Below, in pieces: positions 37,470 through 50,948 of a stretch of 64,000 nt of DNA. The position numbers and the translations under genes were made by a program. Source of the stretch: Monocercomonoides exilis PA203 (Eukaryota > Protista > Preaxostyla); assembly GCA_001643675.2 (NCBI GenBank), contig LSRY02000015.1:930001-994000 (forward strand). Reading direction: 5' to 3'. Each line of letters starts with the position of its first letter. The stretch's first letter is position 1. The notes below the pieces were generated by a model. That model saw only the letters and a list, made by a program, of their open reading frames with translations, had not been told where the DNA came from and made no database searches.

Positions 37470-38420
37470 TTGAGAACAGATATGTTATTAACCAGTTCCA
37501 CATGTGAGGATATGAATAACAAAATAGTGAATGAATCTCAAGCGCAGAATCACAATCCCGGTTTCATTGTCGTTCCCCTTTCTCCATATCGCTTCTGCGT
37601 CCCCTTTCGTGGAACTCGCATCTCTCCATTCACTTTCTCTTTGCTTGTTGGACCTGCCTCTCGTGTTGCCATCAGCCCATCTGTTCTAGCTGACTCCGAT
37701 GATTCTGGGCTGCCTGCTCCAGGATCCAGAAAAGTCTTCGCTTTGGACTCTGCCTGCATCACCTTTCACCGCGCTCACCAGATATTCGTTAACCTACACA
37801 ATGGCTTCTCTTTCCATCAGTGTGGCTCCCCGCCTTCCTCCGCGCTTCTCTCTCCATAGTCGTCCACCACATCTCCCCTTCCATCGACAACATCCTCTGG
37901 ATCTGATGCTCCTCCTTCTTCGACGCCCTGACCTCCCTTGCAAACATCCGATCCGAGTTCGAACAGTAGAGTCTTATTCTTGTTCTTTTAAACATTATCA
38001 GTTGGCTACAGATGCATTTCTCAATGGCTGTATCATCCTTAAAGTTATTCCTCCCTTTATTTCTCCCCTTGCATTCTCCCTCTTTTCTCTTTCTTTCCAT
38101 CCATTCCTTTTTCCTTCTCTTCTTTTCTCTCATCCTCCTTGTCCAGATCTCATCCTCTCTGACTTCCAGTCCTTTTATTCCTTTCTCAGCTAACCTCAGC
38201 TCCTGAGGATATTTCTGTTTGCAATCCAAAATCCCCACTTCTTCATTTTACACAAGCTTCTCAATGCACCGTCCATCAACAGACAGTAGCAATACGTTGT
38301 CTTCCATTGTGCTTCTCCGCCAGTATTTCTCAGCACATCCGACCCAGTGGTGGAGAAGAGAAGGAAGTGTGAAATGGAGCGAGCACTGTATTTCTTGAAG
38401 AACAAAAGAAGAAGAGGAAG
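37470..38420 (+). pseudogene. Decayed gene fragment of unknown family
   Basis: GC-richer, coding-like texture with overlapping broken ORFs and in-frame stops. Confidence 0.35.
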
Positions 38421-38449
38421 ACGAAGAAACAGACGTTATAGAAAGTGCA

Positions 38450-41400
38450 ACTACGAATGAATGTGGAGAAGGTTTCTAAATAGTCAGTCGAATTTATGTT
38501 GAAAAAGATGGAAATTATTTTCCATCTGGTTTCGAAGAGGCTTTTAGATGAGAAGTCATGATACCATTCGGCTGATTTTCTGCATCAACTTCGTTTTCCT
38601 CGTGTGATGTTTCAGGAGAACTGTGAGTTGTTGCATTTTTGGCTTCATTTTCGTTTTTATTTTTATTTTCATTTCATTTCTCAGATTTCTATTTTGAAGA
38701 AATAGAATGGGAGAGCAGGATTGATGAAAATGGAGATGAGGACAATGAAGATGAAGATGGGGTGGAAAAAGCAGTGGAAGAAGATGGAATCAAAGAAGAA
38801 GGTGATCGAGACGAGTTCCTCTTCTGACTTGAAGTTGGCTTCCTTTTCTGTTTTTTAATTTCAGCTGCATTTTGCGTGAGAGTTGAGAATGGATATGTTA
38901 TAGAGATCGGTTTGAGGGTGTTGCTACTGTGTTTTTTTATTTTATTTTATTTTATTTTATTTTTGATTGTGTGTGAGTGGTTGGCGGCAATGAAGAAATT
39001 GTTTGAAAACAGATGCATTTTGAGAGGCTGACGAAGAAGATGAAATAGAAGAAGATGATGATGACGACGACAATGATGAAGCAGTTGGTACAGCTGTTGA
39101 GGAAGGAGATAAGGTAGTTGTTGATGAGCTGGGTTTTGAATGAGATGACTTTGAGGAATGAGAATGCGGGTGAGGCTTTGAAGAAGAAGAAGAAGCAGAT
39201 GTGCTTGGAAATGGCAAATAAGGCTGCGAAACTTCAGCTTCACCACTATTAGCAGAAGAAATTAAAGAAGAAAGAGAAGAAGAAGCTTCTTTAATGTTTT
39301 TTGCTGTGTTTGACGATAATCTTGTGAATTACAAAGAAAACTTACAAATAGTGAGTTTTTCTTATAAGGATCAGAAGATGAAAAAGAATAAGTTTTGAAA
39401 TCAAACATCTTCAAACACATTCATATTTTCACTTCGCTTTGGCTCCGAATGTTTTTGTTTTTTTTTGGAACATAATTTTCATCTTGCTTTTTTTTTATTA
39501 TTCTTTTGATGTTCTTTTGAAGGAGACAAGTTTTCTGAAATATTATCTTCCCCTTTTTCTTTAGATAGAAATGTAATTTTGTTCTGAATGACATCTGCAA
39601 AGCTTCCATATTGAACAGCATGCCAGAAAAAATTATTGATCTTTTCGAATCGACAGCGCCTTCATTATCCAAACAACTGGAGGCGATTCGAAATGCTCAT
39701 TCATCAACATCTTCCTCTTGTACGCTTTGCTTTTAAAGTTCAATTCACTTCTTTCAATCTTCATCTTTTTCAGATACGAAACAAATACCTCTTTCTTCAT
39801 CTCAGCCTGCTCCAGTGTCTTCTTCTGCTAGTCTTCGAGCTTTTCACGTTTTTTCTCGAAGTACTCATTCTCATCCTCCAGCTGCTCCTTTGTCTCCTTC
39901 TCTGCCTCTTCCTTCTGTATCTTCTCTATCTTCCACTGTGTCGCTTTCTCTTCCTCAATTCTATCGATGCGGCTTGGAATGGCTGACAATTTTGGCTCAG
40001 GAAAGCACAGTGACGAAGTAGGAACAGACGCTGTGAGGCAGAAGAAAGCGATGAGGGAAGAGAGGAAGAAGGAACAGGATGCCACATTTGATGGGTGGGA
40101 GATGGGGTGCTGGTGGGAAAAGGAGATAAAGAGCACATAGAAAGAGGAGGCGAAAGAGATGATGGTGAAGAAGGCAAAGCATTGACAATCTGATAGTTAT
40201 CAGATGAAATTGGTGTGGATGGTGAAGAAGAAGATAAGATGATGAGAAGGAAGAGGAGGAAGGAGAAGAAGAGAAGGATGCTGATCTAGTTGATTGGAGC
40301 GTTGGCTGAAGAGTCTGATTTGGTCCATTTAACGTTGTGTTAACAGCATTTTGCTGGTTTAAAGGTAAGTTTTTCATTCTTTCTGCTTCTCTTTCTCTTT
40401 CTTCTCTCAGCTACCTTTCTTTTATTCGCCTCAATCTTTCATTAAATTTCTGTCTCGCCTTCATTCATTGCTCCTTTCACCACATCCCATCTTTCACTTC
40501 CTCCTCAAACAACTTGTCATCTAAGAGCGCAATGTGACAAACAATTATCAGAGTCGGCATCCTTTCGCTAATCAGCGACGAATACAGCGAAAGAATATCT
40601 GTATTCTTTTTCTCCTCTTTCCTCCTCTTCATCCCTTCCAATGAAGCATGAATGCTGCTTCGTAGATCCTTTGCGTATTTGTTGAAACATTGTGGAGGGA
40701 TCAATAAAGAAATCTGAGGGATAGACAAAGCAGAGGATGATGATTGAGAAACAGATGGGGTCAAAGCTTTGATAGCAGTTGTATTCTTTGACATAAATTA
40801 ATCATCATCTTCTTCATGAAGCAGAACCTTGTTATCTTTGCTGCATTTCTTCCTTCAAGCTGCCTTTTTTTTGTCTTTTCCTTTGGATCACTGAAAAACG
40901 TTTTGACGCTCTGTGAATAAGAAGATAATGATGATGAAATCACTGAATATGTGTCACGAGCATGCCTGCCTTTCAACGAAGCTGATTTCGACACTTCAGA
41001 CTCACTTCCGTTCAAAACACTCTGCTCGCTTTTCCTTCTCTCTTCTTCCTCTTTGTCTTCGACAATAAATTGCCCCTTTCCTCTTATGTTTTTCCTCATT
41101 GCATTCTCCCCTGCTGCTTCTGCTTCCTGCTTTTTTACAATTGAACATTAAAACTCTTTCTCTGATACGACTTTTCCTGACAATTGTTATTCTTCGAAAC
41201 ATTGAACTCTGAATGATGTTCTGCTTCCATCAAATGACTCCAAATTGATCATTCTATCAACTTTTCAATTTGAAGTTCCATCTTTCTCTGTTTTTTAATA
41301 AACCTTATAATCAATTCTTTTCTCTTTTTCTTTTTATCATTCATTCATTTGTTCATTCTCGTTCATATTCTTCATTTTCTTCATGTTGACCTCTTTTTCT

Positions 41401-43011
41401 TTTCTTCCCAGCATCTGCCTGAAGAACTCCACATCAAACAAAAGGGCATCCGCATAACAGAAGAACGATGGATGGAAAAGCGGTGTTAACGAAGGAGAAG
41501 AACACATCAGAGTGAATGGGTGAGCGCGTGGGTGTGTTACAAAAAGAAGGCGCGCATTTTGATGAGTGAGGGAGCTGAGAAAGAGGCAGCAGAGACAAGG
41601 GTGGAGTCGGGAGATGGAAAGCAGAGAGGAAGAAGAGAGAGGATAAGGAATTGTTTGTGTGATTGAACTGAGGCATGGCTCGCTGCTGTCAAAGGAAGTT
41701 TTCACAGAGGTAGCTGAAGAAGAAGTCGATAAAGATGTTACTGTTTGGTTTGCAAAAACATAAGCAGAACTTGACGATGATGAAAAGAAAAAAGATGCAT
41801 TTAAATTCATTTCAAATGTTGTTGTTTGAGCATTTGCTGCTTGAGAAATGTATTGACTTTTGAGGGAATTCAATTGATTCGTGATTGTGGGGACAATCAT
41901 CACTCCTCTCTCTTCTCTCTCTCTTTTTTTTTCCTCTTTCTTTCTTCACAGTTATTCAAGTCCAAAAAATCGTCTTGAGTGACTGAAACATCATAGCTCA
42001 GTTCGTTTTGTCTTCCTTCTCCCTTAATACGCAAAGCAGAAACAGAAGAATGGCACACCAGCGAAGAACAAGGTGATGAATTTTCAGTCAATTCTTGTTC
42101 TTCCATTGCATGTTGGTCTTTGCTGTTTTATCTTTGTTCTCTGTCAGCTCTTCAGCTTCTCTCTTTCTGAGATCAGATCCTCCAGCGACTCAAAGTTGAT
42201 GAACATTTCTCTGCCCCACTTCACTCCACAAACATGATTGAATAAAATATCGATGCTGGAGTGAATTAGATATTCTATGAAGAAATTTGAGATTGTTCTG
42301 TTTCAGAAGAAAAAAAGGAAGAAGAAGAGGAAGAGGAAGAGGAAGAAGAATTGGAAGGATAAGAAGAAATCGAAGATGAAACAGAAGAAGGAGAACAAGA
42401 AGATGAAAATGCAGAGGAAAAGAGATAAACCTGAGGTATATCATGAGGAGCAAAAGAGTTGGAGTGATGAAGATGGAGATGATGACTTCATTTTCGATGA
42501 GAAAGATGAGAAAGATGAGAAAGATGAGAAGAATTGGAAGAAGGAAGGAAGAAATCAGTTGAGGTGTTGTTGGGGTATTTGTTTGAGGAAGAAGGATAGG
42601 AATAAATGGAAGAAGAAGAAGTAGAAGCAGAAGAAGAAGATCATAACGAAGATGAAATTCCTGAAATTCCTTGATATTCTCCATGCTTCTTCTGTTTGTT
42701 TGCATCATCATTCATTCTGTTTGAAGATAAATTGAAATTCTGCTTGTCTGGAGAAGGAAGAAGATGTGTTTCTTCTCTTTGAAAAGAGCGATGGGGAAAG
42801 GAAAAGATATTGGATTTGAGACGATCAGATGAAGAGGAGGAAGAAGATGATGAGGAAGATGATATAGAAGAGGAAGAGGAAGAGGAAGAGGAAGAGGAAG
42901 AGGAAGAGGAAGAGGAAGAGGAAGAGGAAGAAGATGATGATGAGTGATGCAATTTTTGAAAAAGGAAATAAAGTTGACTGAGTTTAGGGTTATCATTGAA
43001 CCAACAAACAT
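38450..43011 (-). pseudogene. Decayed large Ser/Glu-rich gene
   Basis: A chain of same-strand broken ORFs (42641-42952, 41900-42106, 41337-41903, 40761-41099, 40477-40794, 39997-40377, 38957-39217) with poly-Ser tracts like those of the intact genes at 1-18 kb. Confidence 0.45.
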
Positions 43012-44439
43012 TTTGTTGTTATTTTTGAATGCTTCAACAATTGAAACATTTATTTGATAGATATGCCTTGAAAAATATCACTTGGATTGCGTTCAATGAA
43101 ATAACAATTTGGAATTCGGAGTGATTGAAACTGTTTCCACAATTTTTATTGACATTTTTAAATTTTGTTAAAAGGTATTATTATTACTAATCTGTTCATT
43201 TTATAAATAAAAAAGCTATTATAATATGAAAAGTTACTGGTAATGAACAAATGAAAACAATTATCTTTCATATTTTACTGAAAAAAGGAATTAATTGAAA
43301 ATGAATAAATCGGAACATATCAAGTGAACTTAAAAAAAAGTTTTAATCTTATAAAAAATATTCATTATCAATAGTGATCGTTCATCACTGCTTAGGTGAA
43401 TAGAAAACTAATAAATAATAACAAAAACATCCTTAGAAATTTAATGAAGCAATGTGAAGGCAGATCGAGTTAATTTTGACATGAAATCACCTGCATATAA
43501 AAGAAAAAATACAATTGGTAAAGATAACGTGATGTCATTAAACTTAGACGTTGTGCAAAATAAAATAAGAATAATTCTTATTTTTGAATAATAAAAATAG
43601 TATTGTGGGATTGATCAAAAAAGTTTGATTTTTCTATTTTTTTTTTATGATTTATTTTTCAAAATTTAATTAATGAAATAAGAGTATATAATAATTTACG
43701 ACCTGGCATCAGGTTTTTATTTCGAAATTATCAATTTTTATTAAATTTTTATAAAATTACTCAGACTTATGGGTGATTTTTCAAATAGATATTTCTCAAG
43801 GATCAAAAAGAATTTCAAAATTCTGGTCCTTTCAAATGTTTTATTATTAAATATACTTTCTTTTTATAATAATGCTTTAAAGAATAACCAAGCGTTGGGA
43901 ATGTACCTTAAATACACCTATTCCAAATACCCAACCACGCATGCAGGCAGCTTTATCGGTGGCACTAGCACAACATTCACATTCCAATCACAAATCCCGT
44001 TCAGCCATAAAAGATCTTTTCTTTTGAGTGGCTGGAAATGAATAGAACAGTGTTTCCTTGACCGAAGAGCTGAAATGAGAAGAAAAGGATGAATAAAAAT
44101 TCAAACGAATAGTTGAAAGCTACGAAAGATATATTTCAATGATTGTTTCAATACATGAGGTACTATTTTCTTTTTTTAAAATGCAAAACGTCAATTAAAA
44201 TAAAAAATTATGTTTTTTTCTTCGTTATGAAATAATAATACTGATGATTGCGCCTTGAAAACAACTTTTTTTTTATGTTTCAATTGCAATGAGAACTGTT
44301 TCGATGTAAATTTCCCGTTTTGAAACTTGTCGAAAAAAAATCTCCAATTCATGCTTATTTAAATTTATTTGTGTTCCTATAAATAAAAATACAGAATGCA
44401 AGAAAATAAGAATAATTTCAGAATGAATTGTCGAACATA

Positions 44440-44681
44440 TGGGTAATTATTTTTGAAAAGTCGCAAATGTTTAATTTTCGAATAAATTAAAAATTTCATA
44501 TCTTAATCAAATTTCGCTTCCCGCTAATGGAACTTCACCAAAGTGGAGGATATAACTTGACAATGCCATTCAACACATTCCTGTGAAATTGCATGAGCGG
44601 GAATCGAAATTTGATTAAGATATGTAATTTTTAATTTATTTGAAAATTAAACATTTGCGACTTTTCAAAAAGAATTACCCA
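44440..44681. mobile_element. TGGG...CCCA MITE type II (242-bp fold-back), TA TSD
   Basis: About 85-bp inverted arms (TGGGTAATTATTTTTGAAAAGTCGCAAATG...) flanked by TA/TA. Confidence 0.8.
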
Positions 44682-44989
44682 TATGAAATGAAAACCAAAA
44701 AACAATTGTATTTTATTGTTAGTCTCAAATAAAAAGAAAAAGAATAAAAGTCAACACTATTTGAATTAAACATTGAATTAAACTTGTGAAATCTGTATTA
44801 TTGCAAGTAAATTTTTGTGGATAAGAGTCAAAAAAACAATATCAGATAATTTTCCTTTTGTTATAAGAACGGAATGATCAACATAATTTGATCATTTTTG
44901 ATCTTTTGTGTGATATAATTAAAGTCGAGGTACTTTGCAAAAAAACATAGACAGGTTAATCACAACTTAACGTGACATTCAGAAACTCG

Positions 44990-45081
<92 letters not shown>

Positions 45082-45082
<1 letters not shown>

Positions 45083-46576
45083 AATTTTTGTGATAGAATG
45101 ATTTAATATCAAATAATAAAACATGCTAAAGGTGAATTTTCCATTTTTAAAATATGTTTTTCAATGAAAAAAAATAAAAAATGAAATTTTTATGTGGGTC
45201 TGATCAATTTGAACACAAAATTTTCAAAATTCAATTAAACTTTTCACAAATATAATTCATTGTTATGATCAAAAAAGTTTTCATTTCTTCATCAAAAAAT
45301 AGAAATGAGCAAAGTTGTAAATTTCAAAAAAGATATTCATGCAATTCTCAGAATTTATTAGGATAACGATTCGACGTTGGATTGGATTTCACATTTTCAG
45401 CCATATCGATTCACAAAAAAATGTCCAAAATGAAGGAAATCAATGAAATTTGGAGAAGGTTGCTAAGATTCGTAGATGGAGATGTAATGGCTCCTCTAAA
45501 CATCAAGACATATTCAGTGGAACTCCTTTTTTCCATTGTCACATTAAATTGAAAAAGGTGATTTTGATTCTACAGTATTATCACATAGGACTGCATATTT
45601 ATCAAACAAGCCTTATAAACAAACATAAGTGAAAATTCGATCGGGTATATCTATTCTGTTGCAAGGTCAAGTCTTTCCACTTTGGCTGTTGAAGAATTTC
45701 GAAAACTTGGAGGAATTAACACCACTGTTGAAATAGATGAAGCGATTCAAAGAAAAAGAAAATTACACAAAGTAAGAAAGAAAGCTCTAATATGGATTTT
45801 AGGAATGATCGAACAGTCGGCGGATGGAGAAAAATGTAAATGCATGCTGATAAGAGTGAAAGATCGATAGAAAAACACTTTAATTCTAATTATTCAAGCG
45901 AATGTTATTGAGAGAACTATAATCTATTCCGATGAACGGAAAGCCAATTCGTGCTTAGAAGAACTAGGATATACTCATAAAACAGTTTACCATAAATACA
46001 ACTTCAAAAATCCCACAACAGGAATATTCACATATTTAATTGAAGGAACCAAGAGCAAACTGAAAAAAAGCTAACTTTGATTTGGAATAAGTGAAAAATA
46101 CATTGATAACTATCTTTTGAGCTGAATGAGCAAAATAGATAAATAATTGACATAGAATAATTATTGTTGACTATTTTCAAATAAACAATAAATGAAAAGG
46201 AAGAAAATGATTTGTTTGAAATCGATAAAGAAGAATATTTGGAAGAAATGGGTGAAAAAAATAGATGAAGAAACAGAAACGGAAGATGAAGATGTCCCAA
46301 TTATTGAGCATGATAATAAATCAAATGATGATATTGATTCTCACTGAGCAGGAGATGGTAAAGATGCTTCTTCGCATGAAGATTAATACGTTTTTTTCTT
46401 CTAATAACATTTTTTATCATATTATTGAATTTTTGAAAAATCGAAAAATATGATCAGACCCACAAAAAAAATTATTTTTTATTTTTTTCATTGAAAAAAA
46501 AAGTATTTTAAAATGGAAAATTCGCCTTTTGCATGTATTGTTATTTGATATTAAATCATTCAATCACAAAAAACCC
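45082..46576 (+). mobile_element. Merlin/IS1595 (ISXO2) element A with pseudogenised transposase
   Basis: About 125-bp TIRs (TTTTGTGATAGAATGATTTAATATC...GGGTCTGATCA). The broken transposase at ~45305-46386 has LGGINTTVEIDEA, WILGMIE, IYSDE and HTYLIEG, with many stops. Confidence 0.85.
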
Positions 46577-46996
46577 AAAAAAATTGCAGAAGATGGGAAT
46601 TGATAAAAGAAAGAACGGAAGTAATTTATATATAACTGAAGAAAAAGAAGAAGAGCTAGTTCCCAAAGTCATAACTTGGAGCGATGTTTCTTCTTAACGA
46701 ACATCCTGAACGACTTTTCAATTGATTTGCGACAATACTCTTAACCTGATATAATCACATCGGATATTATCAAAATCGTCTATTGTCTCATTTTTTGATG
46801 CACCGACAATTTTTTGCTAATTATTCATTCATTCTCCATCGCATTTAATCGCAGGGCTAAATGTATATATTCTCATTTTATTTTATAATAAGTTCATTTT
46901 TCATTGAAAAATCGATTTTCTGGTCAATAATTTCAATTTTTGGATTTTTCAAAATTTGTTTAAATAAGTGAAAAAAATGTGTATAATGATAAAAAT

Positions 46997-48479
46997 GGTT
47001 ATTGCACAATATACGACCGTTTTAAATTCTGTCAAATATAGCAAGGACATGATACATTATATCATTCTCGTACAATATTTATTTCAGATTCCTTGCGGAA
47101 AGGCGAAGATTTTTTATTACAAAAAAATGATCAAAATCCCATTTACCTAAAGAAAAAGATAAAAAATTTATTTTTTCAGTATTTATTATGTAAGGTATGA
47201 TGCGAATAATGAATGATGAGCAAAAGAAATTGTTTTGAGTTTATTCTGGCTCATATTCAGAATGTTCAGCCACGTCACTAACTTCCAAAAAATCTTCAGA
47301 AGTTTCTTCATCTTCAGTCAACATTACAGAAACATCTTCTTCTTCATCATTTTCTTCATTGTCTTCCTCCTCTTCTTCAATAAACTCTTCTGGTTTGTAC
47401 CTGCAAATGGCTTTGATAGTTCCCACAAATGATAGCTCTCGCGTTTTGCCAAAAACAAATGAGGATATATAATCGTCAATAAATTTTTCTCTAAAACAAT
47501 TTTTTGGAATTTCCCTTCGAAACTGACTCCAAATGCCTTCAATCATATTCGTTCAAATTTCGCTTTCTGCATCACGAAGGTGACACTTGTGACAAACAGT
47601 TTTATGTGTATTCCCTATCTCTTCCAGAGATGCATAAGCTTTCCATTCATCGCTATTAATTGTCGTTCCAGGCAAAAAATTGGCTTTGATGATAGGTATT
47701 AGTGTGTTTTTTTTCCTATTTGATACGCGAACGAAGTAAAAATTTCCTTGTTTTCCTTCAGGATTTCTTTGAACTGCTCCAAATAACCTAATTTGCTTTT
47801 CCAAACGTCCTTTGTGAAATTTCCTTATGTGCAAAATTACATCGTCAATTTCCACGAATGAATTCAGACCACCAAGAGGTTCAAAGGAATTAACCACAAT
47901 TTTGGACATGGAAGCTGCAGCCAAAGAATGACAAAAACTGATAGTGTTTCTGTGAATTCCAAGAAGAAGAGAGGTTTGTGTTATTGATAATTTAATCCAT
48001 TTATATAACAAGATGTGCATGATTTTGTTCAATCCCACTTTTTGATTATCAATGGATAAACCTGAAAGCAAACGAATTGTTCTGTCACATCGGTAGCATC
48101 TCCATTGTCTTGAGTTAGGATTTCTTTCATATGAAGACATTTCTCTTCTGCATTGTCTGCACTCTTTGTATCTTGCATCCAAAACATCCCTTTGAAACCA
48201 ATCCCATGCATCATCAGCGCTGTGGAACATCTTGTTCAGATGATGTGTTTGCATTTCATGATCTTCCATTTCCATTGAAAACAATTGTGATTTTGAAAAT
48301 GTGTTGATCAAAAAATTTGTTCATTCCCACTAGACATATTTGTATTTGATGATTTCAATTTTATTTTTTTATGAGTTTCCGCATTAATTTACACGTTTTT
48401 GATAGTGTCCATGTTTATATTATATATTAATAAACCTTTTCATGAAATATCCAAGCCGGTCTTATATTGTGCAATTACT
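46997..48479 (-). mobile_element. Merlin element B; transposase 47241-48311 with one in-frame TGA
   Basis: CxxC...CxxC zinc ribbon, LGGLNSFVEIDD, INSDEWKAY, TVCHK, I*TNMIEGIW and an acidic tail. Short degenerate TIRs contain TTGCACAATATA(C/A)GACCG. Confidence 0.85.
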
Positions 48480-48559
48480 CCGATTTTGACTGTATTTGTT
48501 TTTAAAGGACTTATTAATTATTAATTGAAAACAAAGGTTTTCAGAATACGAATGCAAAG

Positions 48560-49120
48560 GAAAACCGAAACTGAGGAGTTTGTTGAAATACCAAGTGTGA
48601 AATGGGCTTGAAATTATTTAAATTGATATAGGCAATTAAATACAATCAATCCAATAAATTTAGATATAACCCAAGTGAGAGCTTCAGCAGAAACAAAAAT
48701 AAGATCGTTAAAAAGCAATCTTCGACGATTAATATTAACAAGAAAATATCATCCATCTCTTATTTTTCAACCCGACGAAACAAGTTGTCAGACGGAAAAG
48801 AAAAACAAATAGAAAAAAGTTGTATCACAAATGAGCAAATTTCTGCCAGTGCTGGAAGTCCCTCCACTTAGGCATTTGAAGCTTTTATTTCATTGTCTTT
48901 GCCGATGGAGGGCATCTTTCAAATCATCTCATCCTCACTCCAAAATATGAAAATGAAATAAATGAGCAATGGTACGATGATAATTTCATATTGGATACAA
49001 CAACAAAAGGATGTGTGATAGCAGAATTATTTGAGCAAATTATATTGAACAATGTTATGCAAAACATCACAACACAAGGAAGAAAAATAGAAAAAATAAA
49101 TTGTCATATTCTAAAACATC
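48560..49120 (+). pseudogene. pogo/Tigger-like (DDE_1) transposase remnant
   Basis: YHPSLIFQPDETS, FADGGHL and KGCVIAELFEQII correspond to the IxNxDET, ADG and GWxTxExF motifs. Stops and frameshifts are present. Confidence 0.55.
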
Positions 49121-49267
49121 AATCTTTAACTTCAACAATTCGTTCTGAACACATAAAACCAAAAAGACAATCAAACATAACTAATTTGACAAACAACTCA
49201 AATGTTTCATTTATAAATAAATTTTAAAGACACAACGCTTTATCTTTTTATTCACTTTCAATAAATA

Positions 49268-49418
49268 GCGAGATATCACCTCCAGAAAAATGCAATTTCG
49301 AAAAATAGGATATGTTGAACATTTCTTTATGTCCAACTACTGTTTATAATATTTGTTGCAAATAGCGAACCTTCTTCTTTGTTAAAAAGAACATTTTTTG
49401 AAGGAAAAAATTTGTAAT
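49268..49418 (+). mobile_element. Solo relic of the element-D terminal sequence
   Basis: Aligns with 57139-57290 (GCGAGATATCACCTCC...GCAAATAGCGAA...GGAAAAAATTT) with scattered mismatches. Confidence 0.75.
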
Positions 49419-49434
49419 GTGTGCAATTCTTTTT

Positions 49435-50184
49435 GGTATAAGGGAACAACATGGTCATGTGAGATTTTTCATTTTTTCATCATAAAGGCAATTCTCATTA
49501 ATTATACTGTTGTTGTGTGGTGTTTTTATTCAACGGAAATTGTTTGCAACAAAAATATAATTATTTGAAAAATCTCACTTTTTCATATATTTATGGGTTT
49601 GATCGAAACAAAAAAATGGAACTTGTTCCTATTAATTTTGGAACCGAAAGCATATCTGATCAAAATAAGGTATTCTACAATGAGTATTCAATGTGGATTT
49701 GGTTTCTCACTCATATTCTGGAAAATAAAGTCCCTATATGCCCAAAACATCGAATCCAAAAGAATTGTTATAAGACAGTATCTAACTACAGATTTTGGAA
49801 GTGCCCGAAATGCACAGAAAAAACATCAGTCTACAACAACACTTTTTTTGAAAATATGAAGACTCCGTTAGGAACAACATTCTTAATTTGTTTGTACTAC
49901 TGGCTAAAAATTCCAATTACAACGATTTCAACTATACTTGGCGTTGGTAAAAAGACAGTGGGATTTTAGGGAAGCGTTATTCGTGTGTGCTGTTCAAAAT
50001 TATGGAATTCTACACAGCGAGTTGTTGGTGGAGAAGGAAAGATAGTTGAAATCGACGAGGCGATATGGAGAAAGCGAAAATATGGAAGAGGGAGAAAGAA
50101 GGATCAGATATGGATTTTTGGCGGCGTTGAAAGGCTCGAAGGCGGAGGGGCAGGATCTCGCTTTATGACCATCGTGCCGAATAG

Positions 50185-50221
<37 letters not shown>

Positions 50222-50948
50222 AAATTGATACCAATAATCCATAATTCCATTCTGCAGAAAACAATGATCATTTCAGACGAATGGACAGCATATTCATGTT
50301 TGGAATCGATAGGATACGAGCATCAAACCGTCTGTCATAAGAAAGAATATGTGAACAAAGAGACTCATGCCTGTACAAACACGATTGAAGGCCTATGGTC
50401 ACATTTTAGATCATCTTTTCCACGTTTTGGAACCAGAAAAAAGTTTATTTCTGATCATATCGCAATGTATTTAGTGAAATCTTCGATGAAGTTGAGCTTT
50501 TTGGAACTTATGAAGCATGTTTCAAAATATAAACCAGAAAAAGAAATTGAAGAAAAGGAACAACAAGAAGAAGAAGAAGATGATGATGATGAAATTGACG
50601 AAGATGTGCCTTTTATTGAAGATATTTTGGGAAATGATGAGAATGAAACAGATAAAAAATTAGAAGAAGATGATTCAGATGGTGCTGGATATGGAGATAG
50701 TGCTTCGGAATATTCTCCATAATAAAAAATATATTTATCTTTCCATTAAATTTTTAAAAAATATTATTTTTCATATCAAAAATTTCATTGTCCCAATAAT
50801 AATATTAGAAAAAATATTTTTTGTTTTTTTGTACATAAATAAGTTTCCGTTCAGAACAAACAACAAACTCATGCTTTGTTTGATATTTCCGATGCATCTT
50901 TAACAAAAAATATCAAAAACTCACATGACCATATTGCACCTTTATGCC
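49435..50948 (+). mobile_element. Merlin element C (1514 bp); transposase ~49617-50722 with one in-frame TAG
   Basis: About 30-bp TIRs (GGTATAAGGG...CATGGTCATGTGAG / CTCACATGACCAT...TTTATGCC) and a perfect 8-bp TSD TTCTTTTT (49427-49434, 50949-50956). Motifs VGGEGKIVEIDEA, WIFGGVER, ISDEWTAY and CTNTIEGLW. TAG at 49967-49969. Confidence 0.92.

Noticed and set aside
43890-44080. GC-richer patch with CECC...C on the minus strand as a KDZ/CxC transposase piece
   Set aside because: Too short and broken to assign.
44992-45081. Long poly-T as a retrotransposon tail (also 33362-33410 and 4886-4942)
   Set aside because: No adjoining RT ORF or TSD was found. Long homopolymers recur in introns and intergenic DNA, and their lengths may be assembly-dependent.
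47553-49969. Stop-codon reassignment or readthrough explaining the single stops in Merlin B (TGA) and C (TAG)
   Set aside because: Host genes here end in TGA and TAA and have long stop-free ORFs. Each stop is one substitution from a plausible sense codon (Cys; Trp or Tyr), so ordinary nonsense mutation suffices.
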